Notes: generated by a model not told the origin, from the letters alone. Shown: positions 40,705 through 51,467, counted from the first letter of the stretch. The stretch is DNA of 64,000 bases from an uncultured delta proteobacterium (GCA_963724765.1 CAVRVY010000001.1:1367148-1431147); one strand, 5' to 3'. A program made the numbers and translations.

Positions 40705-41886
40705 TCAAACGAAAATGTCCACCGGGAAGCCGCGGTCGTTGATGAAGCTGCCCATCTCGGCCATTGCGAAGGTCCGGCCGGCGCGCTGCGGATTGTTGAG
40801 CGCGTGGGCGCGGATCGCATGCACGTCGCGGAAATAGCGCTGGATCGGATTGTCGAGGAAGATCGCGCGCCCGCCGCTTGACTCGAACATCAGGTCAACC
40901 GCGTGCACGCTAAGACGCACCGCATTGGCCGCGTCCCATCGAAGCCGCGCGCGCCGCTCGACGCTTATTTCGCGCCTATCCACGGCGAGCCGCATCATCT
41001 CGTCGAACGTGTCGAGCATCCGCTGGCGAGCGCCGTCGACCTCGGAGGCGGCCTCCGCCAGGCGCATCTGCGCGAACGGATCCTCGGCGACCATCTTGTG
41101 GTCGTACGCGGTGCGCCGCGCGCGGATGCCCTCGCGCCAGCAATCCAGCGCGCCGGTCGCGGCGCCAATCGCCGGGGCCGCTATCGCGTACGCGAACACA
41201 GACGCCCACGCCAGACGATAGAGCGCGCCCTGGTTGACCGCCTGGCCGGGATTGTCGCGATTATAGGCGTCGAGGAATTTGTGCGTCCGATATTCGGGAA
41301 CGAAGGCGCCGTTGACCACGATGTCCTTGCTGCCCGACCCGGTGAGCCCCATCACGTGCCAGTTGTCGTCGATCTCATAGTCGCTGCGCGGCAGCAGGTA
41401 GCTGCGCGCATCCGGCGTGCCGTCGGGATTGCGCGTCGAGCCGCCCAGGATCGCCCACTGACAGAAGTCGCATCCACTCGAAAACGACCATCGCCCGCTC
41501 ACCCGAAAGCCGCCCTCGACGCATTCAATTTTGCCGGTGGGCGCGTAAGACGAGGAGGCCTGGACGGCCGAGTCGGCGCTCCAGATTTCCTGCTGCGCGC
41601 GCTCGGGGAACGCAGCGATTTGCCAGCAATGGACGCCAAGCACGCCGAGCACCCATCCAGTGGACGGACAGGCGGCGCTGACCTCCATCACCGCGCGATA
41701 AAACGCGGCGGGATGCAGCTCGAAGCCGCCCCATCGCGCGGGCTGCAACGCGCGCAGGAGCCCGGCGCGCTGGAAATCCGCCCAGCTCTCGTCGGGCAGG
41801 CGGCGTGTGCGCTCGGTCAGCGCGGCGCGCTCGCGAAAGACGGGGAGGAGCTTGCGTACGCGCTCGAGGTATTCGTCGCCATTCAT
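40705..41886 (-). CDS. Flavin-dependent monooxygenase, acyl-CoA dehydrogenase fold (HsaA/C2-like oxygenase component)
   Basis: LQPARWGG, SSSYAPTG, GRWSFSSGCD, DNWHVMGLTGSGSKD, IQRYFRDVHA. Confidence 0.87.
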   Translation of the reverse strand: MNGDEYLERVRKLLPVFRERAALTERTRRLPDESWADFQRAGLLRALQPARWGGFELHPAAFYRAVMEVSAACPSTGWVLGVLGVHCWQIAAFPERAQQEIWSADSAVQASSSYAPTGKIECVEGGFRVSGRWSFSSGCDFCQWAILGGSTRNPDGTPDARSYLLPRSDYEIDDNWHVMGLTGSGSKDIVVNGAFVPEYRTHKFLDAYNRDNPGQAVNQGALYRLAWASVFAYAIAAPAIGAATGALDCWREGIRARRTAYDHKMVAEDPFAQMRLAEAASEVDGARQRMLDTFDEMMRLAVDRREISVERRARLRWDAANAVRLSVHAVDLMFESSGGRAIFLDNPIQRYFRDVHAIRAHALNNPQRAGRTFAMAEMGSFINDRGFPVDIFV

Positions 41887-42091
41887 TTCAGCCGCCTCGC
41901 ATGGCCGCCGCCGCTCGCGCCTCCTGACCGGAAACTCGCGCGCCCGGCCCGCCGCCGCTAGCTTCTCGCATCGGGCCGGCTAACTTCAACTCGGCCAGAC
42001 GGATGTCCGGAGCGCCCCGCGAGCCACTGTGACCGGCGCAAAGCCATTCGTGCTATAACCGCTGCCGTTGGTTGGCGAGCAGGAGGAATCG

Positions 42092-42331
42092 ATGCCGCGC
42101 AAGCTACGGCTGGTCAAGGGCGCTGCAGAACGCGCCGCGATGGTTTACGGGATGCGAATCTTCGTTCAGAGCGACGTGGCGGGGGTCGAGGACGCGGAGG
42201 TGCGCTTCAGCGACGGCAGCACGGGACGGGTCACGATGCATTTGATCGAGGGCACGCGCGCGCAGATTCGCCGTCAGCTCATGCAAAGCATCGACGCATT
42301 TTTCGAACTGCTCGCCGACGAGGAACATTAA
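42092..42331 (+). CDS. Small hypothetical protein
   Basis: AGGAGG RBS, extended -10 TGCTATAAC at 42051-42059, host-like codon usage. Confidence 0.65.
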   Translation: MPRKLRLVKGAAERAAMVYGMRIFVQSDVAGVEDAEVRFSDGSTGRVTMHLIEGTRAQIRRQLMQSIDAFFELLADEEH

Positions 42332-42346
42332 ATAGAGAGGCAAACG

Positions 42347-43126
42347 ATGGAGCTCAAGTTCATCAAGTACGAGAAGCGCGGCCACCTGGCCTACATCACG
42401 CTCAACCGCCCCGAGGTCATGAACGCACTGCATCCGCCGTGTCACCTGGAGATGGACCAGGTGTGGGACGACTTCGCCGGCGACCGGGAGATGTGGGTCG
42501 CGATCCTGACCGGCGCGGGCGAGCGTGCGTTTTCCGCCGGCAACGATCTCAAATGGACCGCCGAGCATCGCGGCGAGCGCCCGCAGATGAGCAAGGGCGG
42601 CTTCGCCGGCATCACCTCGCGTTTCGACCTCACCAAGCCGGTCATCGCCGCGGTCAACGGCTTCGCGCTGGGCGGCGGATGCGAGATCGCGCTCGCCTGC
42701 GACATCATCATCGCCGCCGACCACGCGCGCCTGGGTCTGCCCGAGCCACGGGTCGGCCTGATGGCGGGCGCCGGCGGCGTCCATCGCCTGCCGCGCCACA
42801 TCCCGCTCAAGATCGCGATGGGCATGATCCTGACCGGCAAGCATCTCAGCGCCGCAGAGGCCCATCGCTGGGGCCTGGTGAACGAAGTCGTGCCGCTGAA
42901 GGACCTTACGGCGACGGCGGAGCGATGGGCCGGCGAGATCATGGAATGCTCGCCGGTGTCGATCCAGGCAAGCAAGGAGGCCGCGATGAGCGGGCTCGGG
43001 ATGCCGCTGGAGGAGGCGTGCACGCACAAGTTCCCCGGGACGGAGAAGTTGTGGAAGTCCAAGGATGCGATCGAGGGGCCGCTCGCGTTTGCGCAAAAGC
43101 GCAAGCCGCAATGGAAGAACGAGTAG
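42347..43126 (+). CDS. Enoyl-CoA hydratase/isomerase (crotonase family)
   Basis: LNRPEVMNAL, AFSAGNDLK, KPVIAAVNGFALGGGCE, LPEPRVGL. Confidence 0.93.
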   Translation: MELKFIKYEKRGHLAYITLNRPEVMNALHPPCHLEMDQVWDDFAGDREMWVAILTGAGERAFSAGNDLKWTAEHRGERPQMSKGGFAGITSRFDLTKPVIAAVNGFALGGGCEIALACDIIIAADHARLGLPEPRVGLMAGAGGVHRLPRHIPLKIAMGMILTGKHLSAAEAHRWGLVNEVVPLKDLTATAERWAGEIMECSPVSIQASKEAAMSGLGMPLEEACTHKFPGTEKLWKSKDAIEGPLAFAQKRKPQWKNE

Positions 43127-43188
43127 AACGGAAAACCTCGCAGCCGCGGCCGTAAGTCAAAAAGGCCGCAGTAAATGAGATCGTCACG

Positions 43189-43602
43189 ATGGATCCGCTT
43201 GCAATCATCGACGAGAAAAAGATGCCGTTCGCCGAATTGCTCGGCATTCGGATTCTGAGCGCCGCGCCGCAACGCCTCACGGCCGAGATGGTAGTGCGGG
43301 AGAACCTCTGCACGCTGCCCCCGGTGCTGCATGGCGGAGCGGTGATGGCCTTTGCCGATTCGCTCGGCGCCTATGCGACGATGCTCAACCTGCCCGAGGG
43401 CGCGAGCACCACGACTATCGAGTCAAAGACCAACTTTCTCGCTCCGGCTCCCGCCGGCACAACTGTCACCGGCGAGTGCGCGCCACTGCATCGTGGCCGC
43501 CGCACGATGGTCTGGCAGACACGGATCACTAATGCCGAGGGGCGTTTGCTGGCCATCGTGACCCAGACCCAGTTGGTGCTCGAAGCGTCCGCGCGCGGTT
43601 GA
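43189..43602 (+). CDS. PaaI family thioesterase
   Basis: LHGGAVMAFADSLG, TTIESKTNFL, LHRGRRTMVW. Confidence 0.92.
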   Translation: MDPLAIIDEKKMPFAELLGIRILSAAPQRLTAEMVVRENLCTLPPVLHGGAVMAFADSLGAYATMLNLPEGASTTTIESKTNFLAPAPAGTTVTGECAPLHRGRRTMVWQTRITNAEGRLLAIVTQTQLVLEASARG

Positions 43603-43650
43603 CACCGGTGCGACCGAAGGTTTTTGATTACAAATTCCACCTGGAGGAGC

Positions 43651-44133
43651 ATGCGCAGGATGATAACGCGTCGTGAGATGATGAAGGCGATGGGCGATTC
43701 GGCCGCGGTGGCCTCGCAACTGCTCGCCATGATGGCCCTGGTACAGACCGCCGAGGGGGCTGAAATGGGCGAGCGCAAGGCCCCGGCTCCCGGCGCGTCG
43801 GATAAGGGTGTGACCGTGCGTCCGATCCTGCAACACGATTTGCCCGACGTGCCGGGCAAGCAGGTCAGCATGGTGATTGTTGATTTCGAGCCAGGCGCCT
43901 TCTCCGCGCCGCATCGCCATCCGGGCTCGACCACCGTCTACGTGCTGGAGGGTTCTGTGGTGAGCGAGGTCGATCCGGATAAGCCGGTCACCTACCACGC
44001 CGGACAGTCATGGTATGAACTCCCGCTGCACACGCATCGCATCGCGCGCAACGCGAGCAAGAGCCGCCCGGCAAAGATTCTCGCGGTGCTCATCTCGGAT
44101 AAGGGCCAGCAACTGGTTCTGCCGCCGGGTTAG
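43651..44133 (+). CDS. Cupin domain protein with twin-arginine-like leader
   Basis: TRRE leader; PHRHPG...YVLEG...WYE...H cupin motifs; GGAGGAG RBS. Confidence 0.85.
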   Translation: MRRMITRREMMKAMGDSAAVASQLLAMMALVQTAEGAEMGERKAPAPGASDKGVTVRPILQHDLPDVPGKQVSMVIVDFEPGAFSAPHRHPGSTTVYVLEGSVVSEVDPDKPVTYHAGQSWYELPLHTHRIARNASKSRPAKILAVLISDKGQQLVLPPG

Positions 44134-44205
44134 TAGTGGAAGGACGCGGCGTGAAGGTCAGGTCCTTGTCCGGTCGGTAGTAGGCCTATTTTCGGAGTCG
44201 CTGCT

Positions 44206-45066
44206 TTATCGCCAGACCGAGTCCAGCATGAGCAACCGCCGCCGCTGTTGACGCCGAATAAACCTTATAAATTCGGGCGAAACGGCACGCGGATGACGCC
44301 GCAAATAGCCGTTCAGATACCCGGCGAGCAGCATCAGACTCCCAAGGATGGGTGGACGATTTGCCGCCCTGACGGCCGCGCGAGCGAGCATGAAAACAGG
44401 CGAATATCCGAGCGCATACGCAGCGCGGCCGGTGTCAAATCTGCCACGCAGCGCTCCGCCAGCCGTCCCCTGAGGACGATGATGGTAAGCGGTGATATGG
44501 CGGAAACTGCGACTGTTAAAGCCCAACATCATGGCTTGGGCCTCGTCGATCGTATCCCAACCGATTCCAGCCTGTAGCCCACCGATTGCGGCGAAACATC
44601 TGCTGGAGTACATCTTCACCGCGCCTCGCGTGTGAAACCGCGGCGTTCGGATTTCGTGCCATTGCGAGCCAGATGGTTCGTAGAGGACGGCACCCGCGAT
44701 ACCAAGCTTGGGGTCTTTGTCGAATTCGGCGATCAGCACTTCAACCATCTCCGGGCCGAACGTAAGATCCGCATCCAGGCGTAAAATGAAGTCGTACACC
44801 TCCCACTGCTCACGGGGCAGGAATTTCATGACGACCGATTCACCGCCCGGCGCGCGAGCTCGGCGACGATCCAAATGATGAACCTCGAGCCTGGACCATC
44901 TGGCGGCTGCTTCATCGGCGATGGCCGGGGTTCGATCCGCGGATCCATCGTCGATGAGGATCCATCGCTCAGCGGGAACGGTTTGCGCCTCCATCGAGGC
45001 GATTAAACCGGGAAGCAGGCGCTCTTCATCGCGCGCGGGCGTTATTGCGATATAGCGTTTTCTCAT
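44206..45066 (-). CDS. Glycosyltransferase family 2
   Basis: ITPARDEE, IDDGSADRT, RLDADL, GWDTID. Confidence 0.9.
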   Translation of the reverse strand: MRKRYIAITPARDEERLLPGLIASMEAQTVPAERWILIDDGSADRTPAIADEAAARWSRLEVHHLDRRRARAPGGESVVMKFLPREQWEVYDFILRLDADLTFGPEMVEVLIAEFDKDPKLGIAGAVLYEPSGSQWHEIRTPRFHTRGAVKMYSSRCFAAIGGLQAGIGWDTIDEAQAMMLGFNSRSFRHITAYHHRPQGTAGGALRGRFDTGRAAYALGYSPVFMLARAAVRAANRPPILGSLMLLAGYLNGYLRRHPRAVSPEFIRFIRRQQRRRLLMLDSVWR

Positions 45067-45072
45067 TGGTTT

Positions 45073-46419
45073 TCAGTTCGAGTGCGCGCCTGACATTTTA
45101 GCCGGAGTTTTGCGCACGTGCGATCGCGTTCGATCCGTATAACGCCTCATTCCGCTCAGGCGATCTTTCAAGTAGGCCCAGTTTTGGCGTCGAAGCAGGT
45201 AGCGCGGTCGCAAATACACCTCAGCGTTGTTCAATGCGAACAGTGCCTTGTGAGCCTTCCAGTTGCGCACGTCCCTCAGGAGGGCGACTCGGCCAGATAT
45301 CATCAGCGTTCCCATGCCCCAAGTCTGGGTAAAGCAATAGTGCAGAGGCTGCGAGTAGATGACGGCGTCAGCTTCCGCGCTTGTTCCAGTTTCAGTGAAT
45401 GACCCGTTCGCAACCGACATTTCTATTGTCGTATCCAGATCGGGGATGCGGACGCGAAACGGACGCAGCATGCGGAGCAAAAAATGCGGATATCTCTCGT
45501 GCAGCTTCTGGACCAGAGTTTGAAACGAGGCCGCGAGCTGGGGGAGAGGCACAAGCGGGGGTACATCGTAGTTCACGGTCTGGAGCTTGGAATACGACTC
45601 GTGGTACCGGGTTAGCGCCGTGGAAGAGTCGTATGCCTCGTTGACTTCGTACTCGTCGCCGGGAAAGAGAACTACGATCGGTTGTCCGCGGCTTTCGCAA
45701 AATTCAACAACATCCCATGGTTTGTTGGAAAAAGCATTCATATGCTTGTTGTCGACCGACGAGAAATACATGAAGCTCGCAAACGGTATTGTGACCTTCG
45801 TCTCCAAGTTCTGATGGTCGGCGGAGAGACTCTCGAGAACGTTCCTGGCCGCTGCCGGAGCATACTGCTCGTAATTCACGACCGGCTCTTTGACGGCGAT
45901 GGAAAATTGATTCAACACGGCATCGATCGGGCCGATGTCTTTTAAGATTCTTCCGCAGTCAGCCGAGTTCAGCCGAGCGTCGTTGACATTCAAAACGGTT
46001 TTACCACCGCTCGTGACGCCGAGGCACGAATCCAAGGTCCCAACGCGGTAGCCGTACACGCGGGTTTGGGGAGTTAGATTTATAATGAGGCGATGCGGCA
46101 ACAACCGGAACTTTCGATACCCGATATTGCGTAAAGGCCCGAATATTCTTTCTGCATTTTGGTCCTGGAACATAACCGTGACGCGTTCTTTGAAATCGAC
46201 CGCGAGCGACGCCAGCGTGGGAAAGTTCAGGTGGTCAGGGTGTTCGTGCGAAATCCACAGATATTCGACTTTTTCAAGCAGCGCATTGTCTAACTCGGCT
46301 GGAGGCCAAAGCGTCCAAGAGTCGTTAAACGCTTTGCTGCTCAGCCATGGATCCGTCCAGATTGTAGTGTCGACACAAGTGAGGAAAACCGAAGCGTGCG
46401 ACACTAATCGTATCTTCAT
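45073..46419 (-). CDS. Metallo-beta-lactamase-fold protein (UlaG/CMAH-like, no Rieske domain)
   Basis: VSHAS, TDPWL, AFNDSW, ISHEHPDH, LNVNDA, IPFASF. Confidence 0.75.
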   Translation of the reverse strand: MKIRLVSHASVFLTCVDTTIWTDPWLSSKAFNDSWTLWPPAELDNALLEKVEYLWISHEHPDHLNFPTLASLAVDFKERVTVMFQDQNAERIFGPLRNIGYRKFRLLPHRLIINLTPQTRVYGYRVGTLDSCLGVTSGGKTVLNVNDARLNSADCGRILKDIGPIDAVLNQFSIAVKEPVVNYEQYAPAAARNVLESLSADHQNLETKVTIPFASFMYFSSVDNKHMNAFSNKPWDVVEFCESRGQPIVVLFPGDEYEVNEAYDSSTALTRYHESYSKLQTVNYDVPPLVPLPQLAASFQTLVQKLHERYPHFLLRMLRPFRVRIPDLDTTIEMSVANGSFTETGTSAEADAVIYSQPLHYCFTQTWGMGTLMISGRVALLRDVRNWKAHKALFALNNAEVYLRPRYLLRRQNWAYLKDRLSGMRRYTDRTRSHVRKTPAKMSGAHSN

Positions 46420-46853
46420 CTTGCTTATCTCCGCACGATTATTGAAGATTCTAAAGATTCATTGTGACATTGTATAGAAACGCAGCTTTTGATTGCCTTT
46501 TGTGGCAGCAATATTGGTGCCCGACCGGAGGCCAGCATAAGAAGAGCGCCCCCGTCTTTAGTAATGGCGAGACCGCAGGGAAAACGCTCCGATGGCTCTT
46601 GTAAATTTTGCCGATTACGCGTGCAGAGGGGATGGAATTCTGAAATCTGTGCGGTAAAATCTCCCGGCGAATGGGACTCCCGTCTTCGAAATGAAGTTCA
46701 ACAACTTTCTATACGCAACTCTGCGTAATCGCTTAAGGGCCAATTCCTGCCTGAACCCTTGCAGGCTATCCTGTGCGACACTGAAGCCGGATCCGAAATG
46801 GATCTCTGGGGATAAATGCCTTCCCGGCATTCCCCGATTGGAGAGGCGAAATC

Positions 46854-47543
46854 ATGCCTGATTGGCAACTAGCGGTGAAGCAATCAATACTGCGCCTGGG
46901 TGCACTGACGCCAGGAGCCGCAGCACGCGGTCTTAGGAGGGCATCTGAACTGATCGATTGCGGACGCTGGTTGCGCAAGAATTCGCTATATCCTGCAGCG
47001 ATGTCATTCCACGATCGGTTGAAAGTCTTCGATCGGATAGCGCGTGAAGTGAATGACAAGATGGTTTTGTACTTGGAGTTTGGCGTTTGGGAAGGATTTT
47101 CGATGAGGTATTGGTCGAAGCTTCTCAAGAATCCCAAATCAATACTCCACGGCTTCGATTCGTTCGAGGGACTGCCGGAGGAGTGGAATGAAAACCATCT
47201 TAAAGGGCGTTTTGCTCTCAATGGGAAGATTCCAGAGGTTTCTGACGATCGCATCAAATTTTTCAAAGGCTGGTTCCAGGATACGCTACCTCAATACGTG
47301 ATCCCGCCGCATGAGGTCCTGGTCATAAATATTGATTGCGACCTCTATTCCTCGACTAAGTACGTATTAGACCATTTCAGAGATTCTATTCAGCCTGGTA
47401 CTTGGCTTTACTTCGATGAATTCGGCAGTTGGGATCATGAATGTCGGGCTTTCCGCGAACTGGTAGAAGAGACAAAAATGAAGTTCGAAGCGGTGGCTGA
47501 AGCCCGGGCTATGTGGTCAGTGGCGTTTCGCCGGACTGAATAG
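46854..47543 (+). CDS. TylF/MycF/NovP-type O-methyltransferase
   Basis: LEFGVWEG, GFDSFEGLPE, KGWFQDTLP, IDCDLYSST, FDE. Confidence 0.88.
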   Translation: MPDWQLAVKQSILRLGALTPGAAARGLRRASELIDCGRWLRKNSLYPAAMSFHDRLKVFDRIAREVNDKMVLYLEFGVWEGFSMRYWSKLLKNPKSILHGFDSFEGLPEEWNENHLKGRFALNGKIPEVSDDRIKFFKGWFQDTLPQYVIPPHEVLVINIDCDLYSSTKYVLDHFRDSIQPGTWLYFDEFGSWDHECRAFRELVEETKMKFEAVAEARAMWSVAFRRTE

Positions 47544-47586
47544 ACGCACGGGGCTTTTCACTACTGCTTTGGTGTGGACGACATCT

Positions 47587-48003
47587 TCAAGGAGTGGGCG
47601 TGGCCGCGGGAAAGCCCATCTTCTCCGCCGACTCCGGATAGAGCCACAAGGTCTGGCCCGACAGAGCACCGTCGAGGACGCGCACCTTGGTCGCGCCCTT
47701 TTCGCCCGGACCCGCCTCTGCGACCAGGGTGCCCGCAGGCACCATCGTCAGTTTATGGTGGTAAAAGAGCTGGCTCACTTCCATCGTGCCGAATGCGTCG
47801 AGCGTGCGCAGCGCGCCAACTCCTTCCGTATAGTCTTGCTGGCTGTCCGCGGCCACCGTTTCCTTCGCGACGCGCCACTGCTTGCCGGTGCTTGGCGCCG
47901 CGTCCGCTGGCAGGCTTTTCCTGGTAGCTGAGCCACTGAGCTTGCACGACATCATCAGCAGAGCGACGCAAACAGAAAAGATGGCGGCGGCTATTCTGTT
48001 CAC
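47587..48003 (-). CDS. Hypothetical lipoprotein
   Basis: Signal peptide with MMSC lipobox; GAGGAG RBS; directly downstream of hisG. Confidence 0.6.
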   Translation of the reverse strand: MNRIAAAIFSVCVALLMMSCKLSGSATRKSLPADAAPSTGKQWRVAKETVAADSQQDYTEGVGALRTLDAFGTMEVSQLFYHHKLTMVPAGTLVAEAGPGEKGATKVRVLDGALSGQTLWLYPESAEKMGFPAATPTP

Positions 48004-48025
48004 AGGATCTTTTCGTAGCTCCTCT

Positions 48026-48742
48026 TCAGATGATCTTGTTGAGCGGAAACTCGATGATCCCGACCGCGCCGACTTCGAGCAGCTTGGGGAACAATTCGCG
48101 CACGGTGTGCTCGGCGATTACGGTCTCGACCGCCAGCCATTCCTTGCCCTTGAGATTGGGCGAGGGGTAGAGCGGCGAGACGGTGGGCGCGGTTATCGAG
48201 GGCAACAGCGCGATCACTTTCTCCAGGTTCTCGCGCGCGACGTTCATTTTGATTCCGACCCGGTTCTCGGCGTCGAGCGCGCCGCGCAGAAGCATCCCGA
48301 TTTGCCGAATCTTGGCCTGCTTCCATCCGACCGCCCACGCCTCGGAGTTGGCGACCAGCACCGGCGTGGAGGTCAGGAGCTGCTCGACGATCCGCAGGCC
48401 ATTGGCGCGCAGCGAGGAGCCGGTCTCGGTGACCTCGACCACCGCGTCAACCAGCCCCTCGGCGGCCTTGGCCTCGGTGGCGCCCCACGAAAATTCAACT
48501 TCAACTTTAACTTTGCGCTCGATGAAGACTCGCCGTGTGAACTCGACCATCTCGGTCGCTACCCGCTTGCCTTCGAGATCCTCCAGTCGCCGCACTGGCG
48601 AGGCATCCGGCACCGCAAGCACCCATCGCGTCGGCACCAGCGAGACCTTGGAATAGGTGAATCTTTCAACTTCCATCAACTCGACCGCGTTTTCGACGAT
48701 CCAGTCGCTGCCGGTGATACCCGCGTCGAGCGAGCCGTCAGC
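48026..48742 (-). pseudogene. hisG: ATP phosphoribosyltransferase, N-terminus missing (truncated at the junction)
   Basis: DGSLDAGITGSDW, FSWGATE, ETGSSLRANGL, C-terminal regulatory domain (PTVSPL); no upstream PKGSL-type N-terminal region. Confidence 0.88.
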
Positions 48743-48743
48743 G

Positions 48744-49481
48744 TCAGTGAGGCGCTCGCCGCTGCATTAGAGCGTCGGGCACACCGATGACCTTTGCCGG
48801 ATCAAGCCCCGCAAGCTCCACAGCCATGCGTGCCAACTCGAAGCGTGTACACTGGCCTTGATTGGCCAGGTGATAAAGGCCGCACGGGCCGGATTCCGTG
48901 ACCTCCATAATCTTCCTGCCGGCATCCACGGTGTGGGTGGCGCAACCCAACTGATCGCTTGCGACCTTATACTCCTCCCCCGCCGCGATCTTACGCAGAC
49001 CCTTATCGACAAAGTTGATCTTTCCCGGGCCGAACAATACCGAGACCCGAAAGGTCCAGTGACGGTCGAGAGTTTCGACCGCCTGCTCGGCTTGCAGCTT
49101 GGTTTGGCCGTACACCGTGATCGGGCCTGTGGGGTCGGTCTCTACATAGGGGGTCGTCTTGCGGCCATCGAACACCGCATCCGTCGAGATGTGGGCAAGG
49201 CCCGCGCCCAAAGAACGCGCCGCCTCGACCACGTTGCGCGTGCCTTGGTAATTCACTCGAACGGCCTTGGCGGGATCCGCCTCGCAGAGATCGATGTCGG
49301 GAATGCCGGCGGGATGCACGATCAAGTCCGGGCGAATTCGCTCCAAGGCCGCGCGGATGTTCTCCACATCGGTGATGTCTGCCTCTGCGCGCGTCAAAGG
49401 AAAGACCTCGTGACGCGAGGAGAATGCTTCGACCAACCCATGTCCAAACAATCCTGCCGCACCCGTGATGGCGACTCTCAT
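48744..49481 (-). pseudogene. rmlD: dTDP-4-dehydrorhamnose reductase family SDR, C-terminus missing
   Basis: TGAAGLFG, HISTDAVFDG, YGQTK, DQLGCAT, GLYHLAN; ends abruptly at RRAPH* (245 aa). Confidence 0.82.
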
Positions 49482-49622
49482 AGCTTGATGATCCTTTGTC
49501 TCCGTTCTGATCAGTTAGCGCAGGTTGACCGCGGCCGTACTCGCGTCGCCCTTTACTATACCGTGGGCCGGGATGTTGTGCGCGTCAGATTACATCCATG
49601 CGGCGGAACGGCAGTCTTCCAA

Positions 49623-50570
49623 TCACTTCAGCAGAACCACGGTGCCAGGAGTGTTATAGAGGCGAATCAAGGTATTCAGATCGCGCTGGCTGGGCTTGCT
49701 GACGAGGGACTTCCAATCAAAGGGATATGGCAGTCCCGGGACATAGATACGACGGTTCTTTTCCTGGACCTGCCAATACATGATGTCTCCCTTCGAATCG
49801 CTGTGTCCTTGGATTCCGAGGGCGTGCCCCATTTCGTGCAGCACGATGGCGCGCATCTCATCTTTAGACCATCGGCGTGAGAGGTCTACGGAGATAAAGG
49901 CCACGCGTCGTCCGGTCAGCTCGTCTCCAACGCGGCGAAACTGCACCCAGTCCTTTTCCTCGCCTGCGGCGTTCTCGACGTCCGTGCCCGCCTCCCAATT
50001 GAAGCGAATATCCGCTTCCTCTTCTTCGGCGGCCAACTCCAGAGGGAATAGTCCTTGCCATATCCCAATTGCCTCCCGCGCTCCTTGCGCCCAATTGGCG
50101 ACGGGCACACCTCCAATCAAGACCTTGATGGGAAATGAGCTCCACTTACGGGATTCCGAACTTTCCGAGATCTCCCCATAGTAGTCCGAAGCGGATGCGA
50201 CGTAACGCGAGGGCCGTAGGCCGTCCGGGTACGCTGGCAACATTGTGAGTATCTGGATTCTGGCATTGGCTTGAGCCACCTGAAACTTGAACTCCGAAGC
50301 ATTGGCGGCGATGTCAGCGAACTGTCGCCAATCCGCGATGGCCTTCTGGCGGTCAACCATCTCATCTGCCAGAGCGCGATCGTAGTAAGCCTCAAAGTAT
50401 TGCGGGTCTTGCGAAATGGCCTGACTGTATGCCGCCGAGGCGTCGGCAAACCGGTTCTGCTCAAACAACGCACTGCCTTGCTGAAAGCTTGCCTTCGCCG
50501 CTTCCCGGTCCGCGAATGCCGCCGGGCTGACAATCACCAGGAGTAGCAATCCCAGCATAACGTGGCGCAT
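49623..50570 (-). CDS. Secreted TPR-domain matrixin (M10-like) zinc metalloprotease
   Basis: Signal peptide, TPR-like repeats, HEMGHALGIQGHS zinc motif and DIMY Met-turn. Confidence 0.87.
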   Translation of the reverse strand: MRHVMLGLLLLVIVSPAAFADREAAKASFQQGSALFEQNRFADASAAYSQAISQDPQYFEAYYDRALADEMVDRQKAIADWRQFADIAANASEFKFQVAQANARIQILTMLPAYPDGLRPSRYVASASDYYGEISESSESRKWSSFPIKVLIGGVPVANWAQGAREAIGIWQGLFPLELAAEEEEADIRFNWEAGTDVENAAGEEKDWVQFRRVGDELTGRRVAFISVDLSRRWSKDEMRAIVLHEMGHALGIQGHSDSKGDIMYWQVQEKNRRIYVPGLPYPFDWKSLVSKPSQRDLNTLIRLYNTPGTVVLLK

Positions 50571-50659
50571 GGGTAGTCACCTCCCGTGACTTGGTTCGGT
50601 GACATCATACTGGCACACGAGCTCAGGTTCCAGAGGTATGAAGACGGATCAGAAAGCTG

Positions 50660-51142
50660 TCAGGCAAGCTTCTTCAACTCGGCGAGAATCTCTCCGTTAT
50701 CCGGTTGTTCCCGCAGTTCGTAGATTTTCGACCAGGCGATTTTCCCGCCCTTATCGACAATGAAGACGGCTCGATCGTTGATGAAGGGAATGGGGTGTTT
50801 GGTGGGAGGGAAAACCCCGTACGCTGTTCCCACCTCCGCGTAGGGCCAGCGGTCAGTAGCCAAGGGGAAATTCAGCCCGCCCAAGTGTTTCTGGAACGCG
50901 ATGTGGGCAAAGACGGAATCCGTGCAGATGCCCACTACTTCAGTATTCGCATCCCTAAACTTGGTCAGATCCGCCTGGAACGCCCCCAGCTCGCTTTGGC
51001 AAACCGGAGTGAAGTCGAGGGGATAGAATGCCAGGACGACGTTCTTGCCGCGCTGAGCGGAAAGCTCGAACTCCCCTTGCGTCTCTCCGGTGGCACAGGT
51101 GAGTTTGAAGTCCGGGGCAGGATCCCCTGCTTTCAATGCCAT
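50660..51142 (-). CDS. Peroxiredoxin (AhpC/TSA, AhpE-like)
   Basis: GDPAPDF, FYPLDFTPVC (PxxxTxxC), RAVFIVDK. Confidence 0.9.
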   Translation of the reverse strand: MALKAGDPAPDFKLTCATGETQGEFELSAQRGKNVVLAFYPLDFTPVCQSELGAFQADLTKFRDANTEVVGICTDSVFAHIAFQKHLGGLNFPLATDRWPYAEVGTAYGVFPPTKHPIPFINDRAVFIVDKGGKIAWSKIYELREQPDNGEILAELKKLA

Positions 51143-51467
51143 ATGAACCTCCCAGGTTCAACTTCGAATTGGCGGCCCGCCCGCGAAAAACGCGGGCGTG
51201 CGTAAGTCGTTCAAGTTCGTGATTACCTTAATGTAAGAAGTGGAATTCTACCTGAGGAACCCCGGAAAAGGAAGTCCGACGCGGGATGAGGTTGCCGGCG
51301 AGTTCGGCGAGCGGCCGATCAGGTATACATGGCGGGTGCTAACTGTCGGGAAATCGCCCGTCGGGATTCGGGGTAAGATTCCGCCTGAACCACGTTACGT
51401 GCAGGTGATCCACAACAGGGTCGTCGATGCTACTGACGACGGACAGCGGGTATCCGGCTGCCATACT

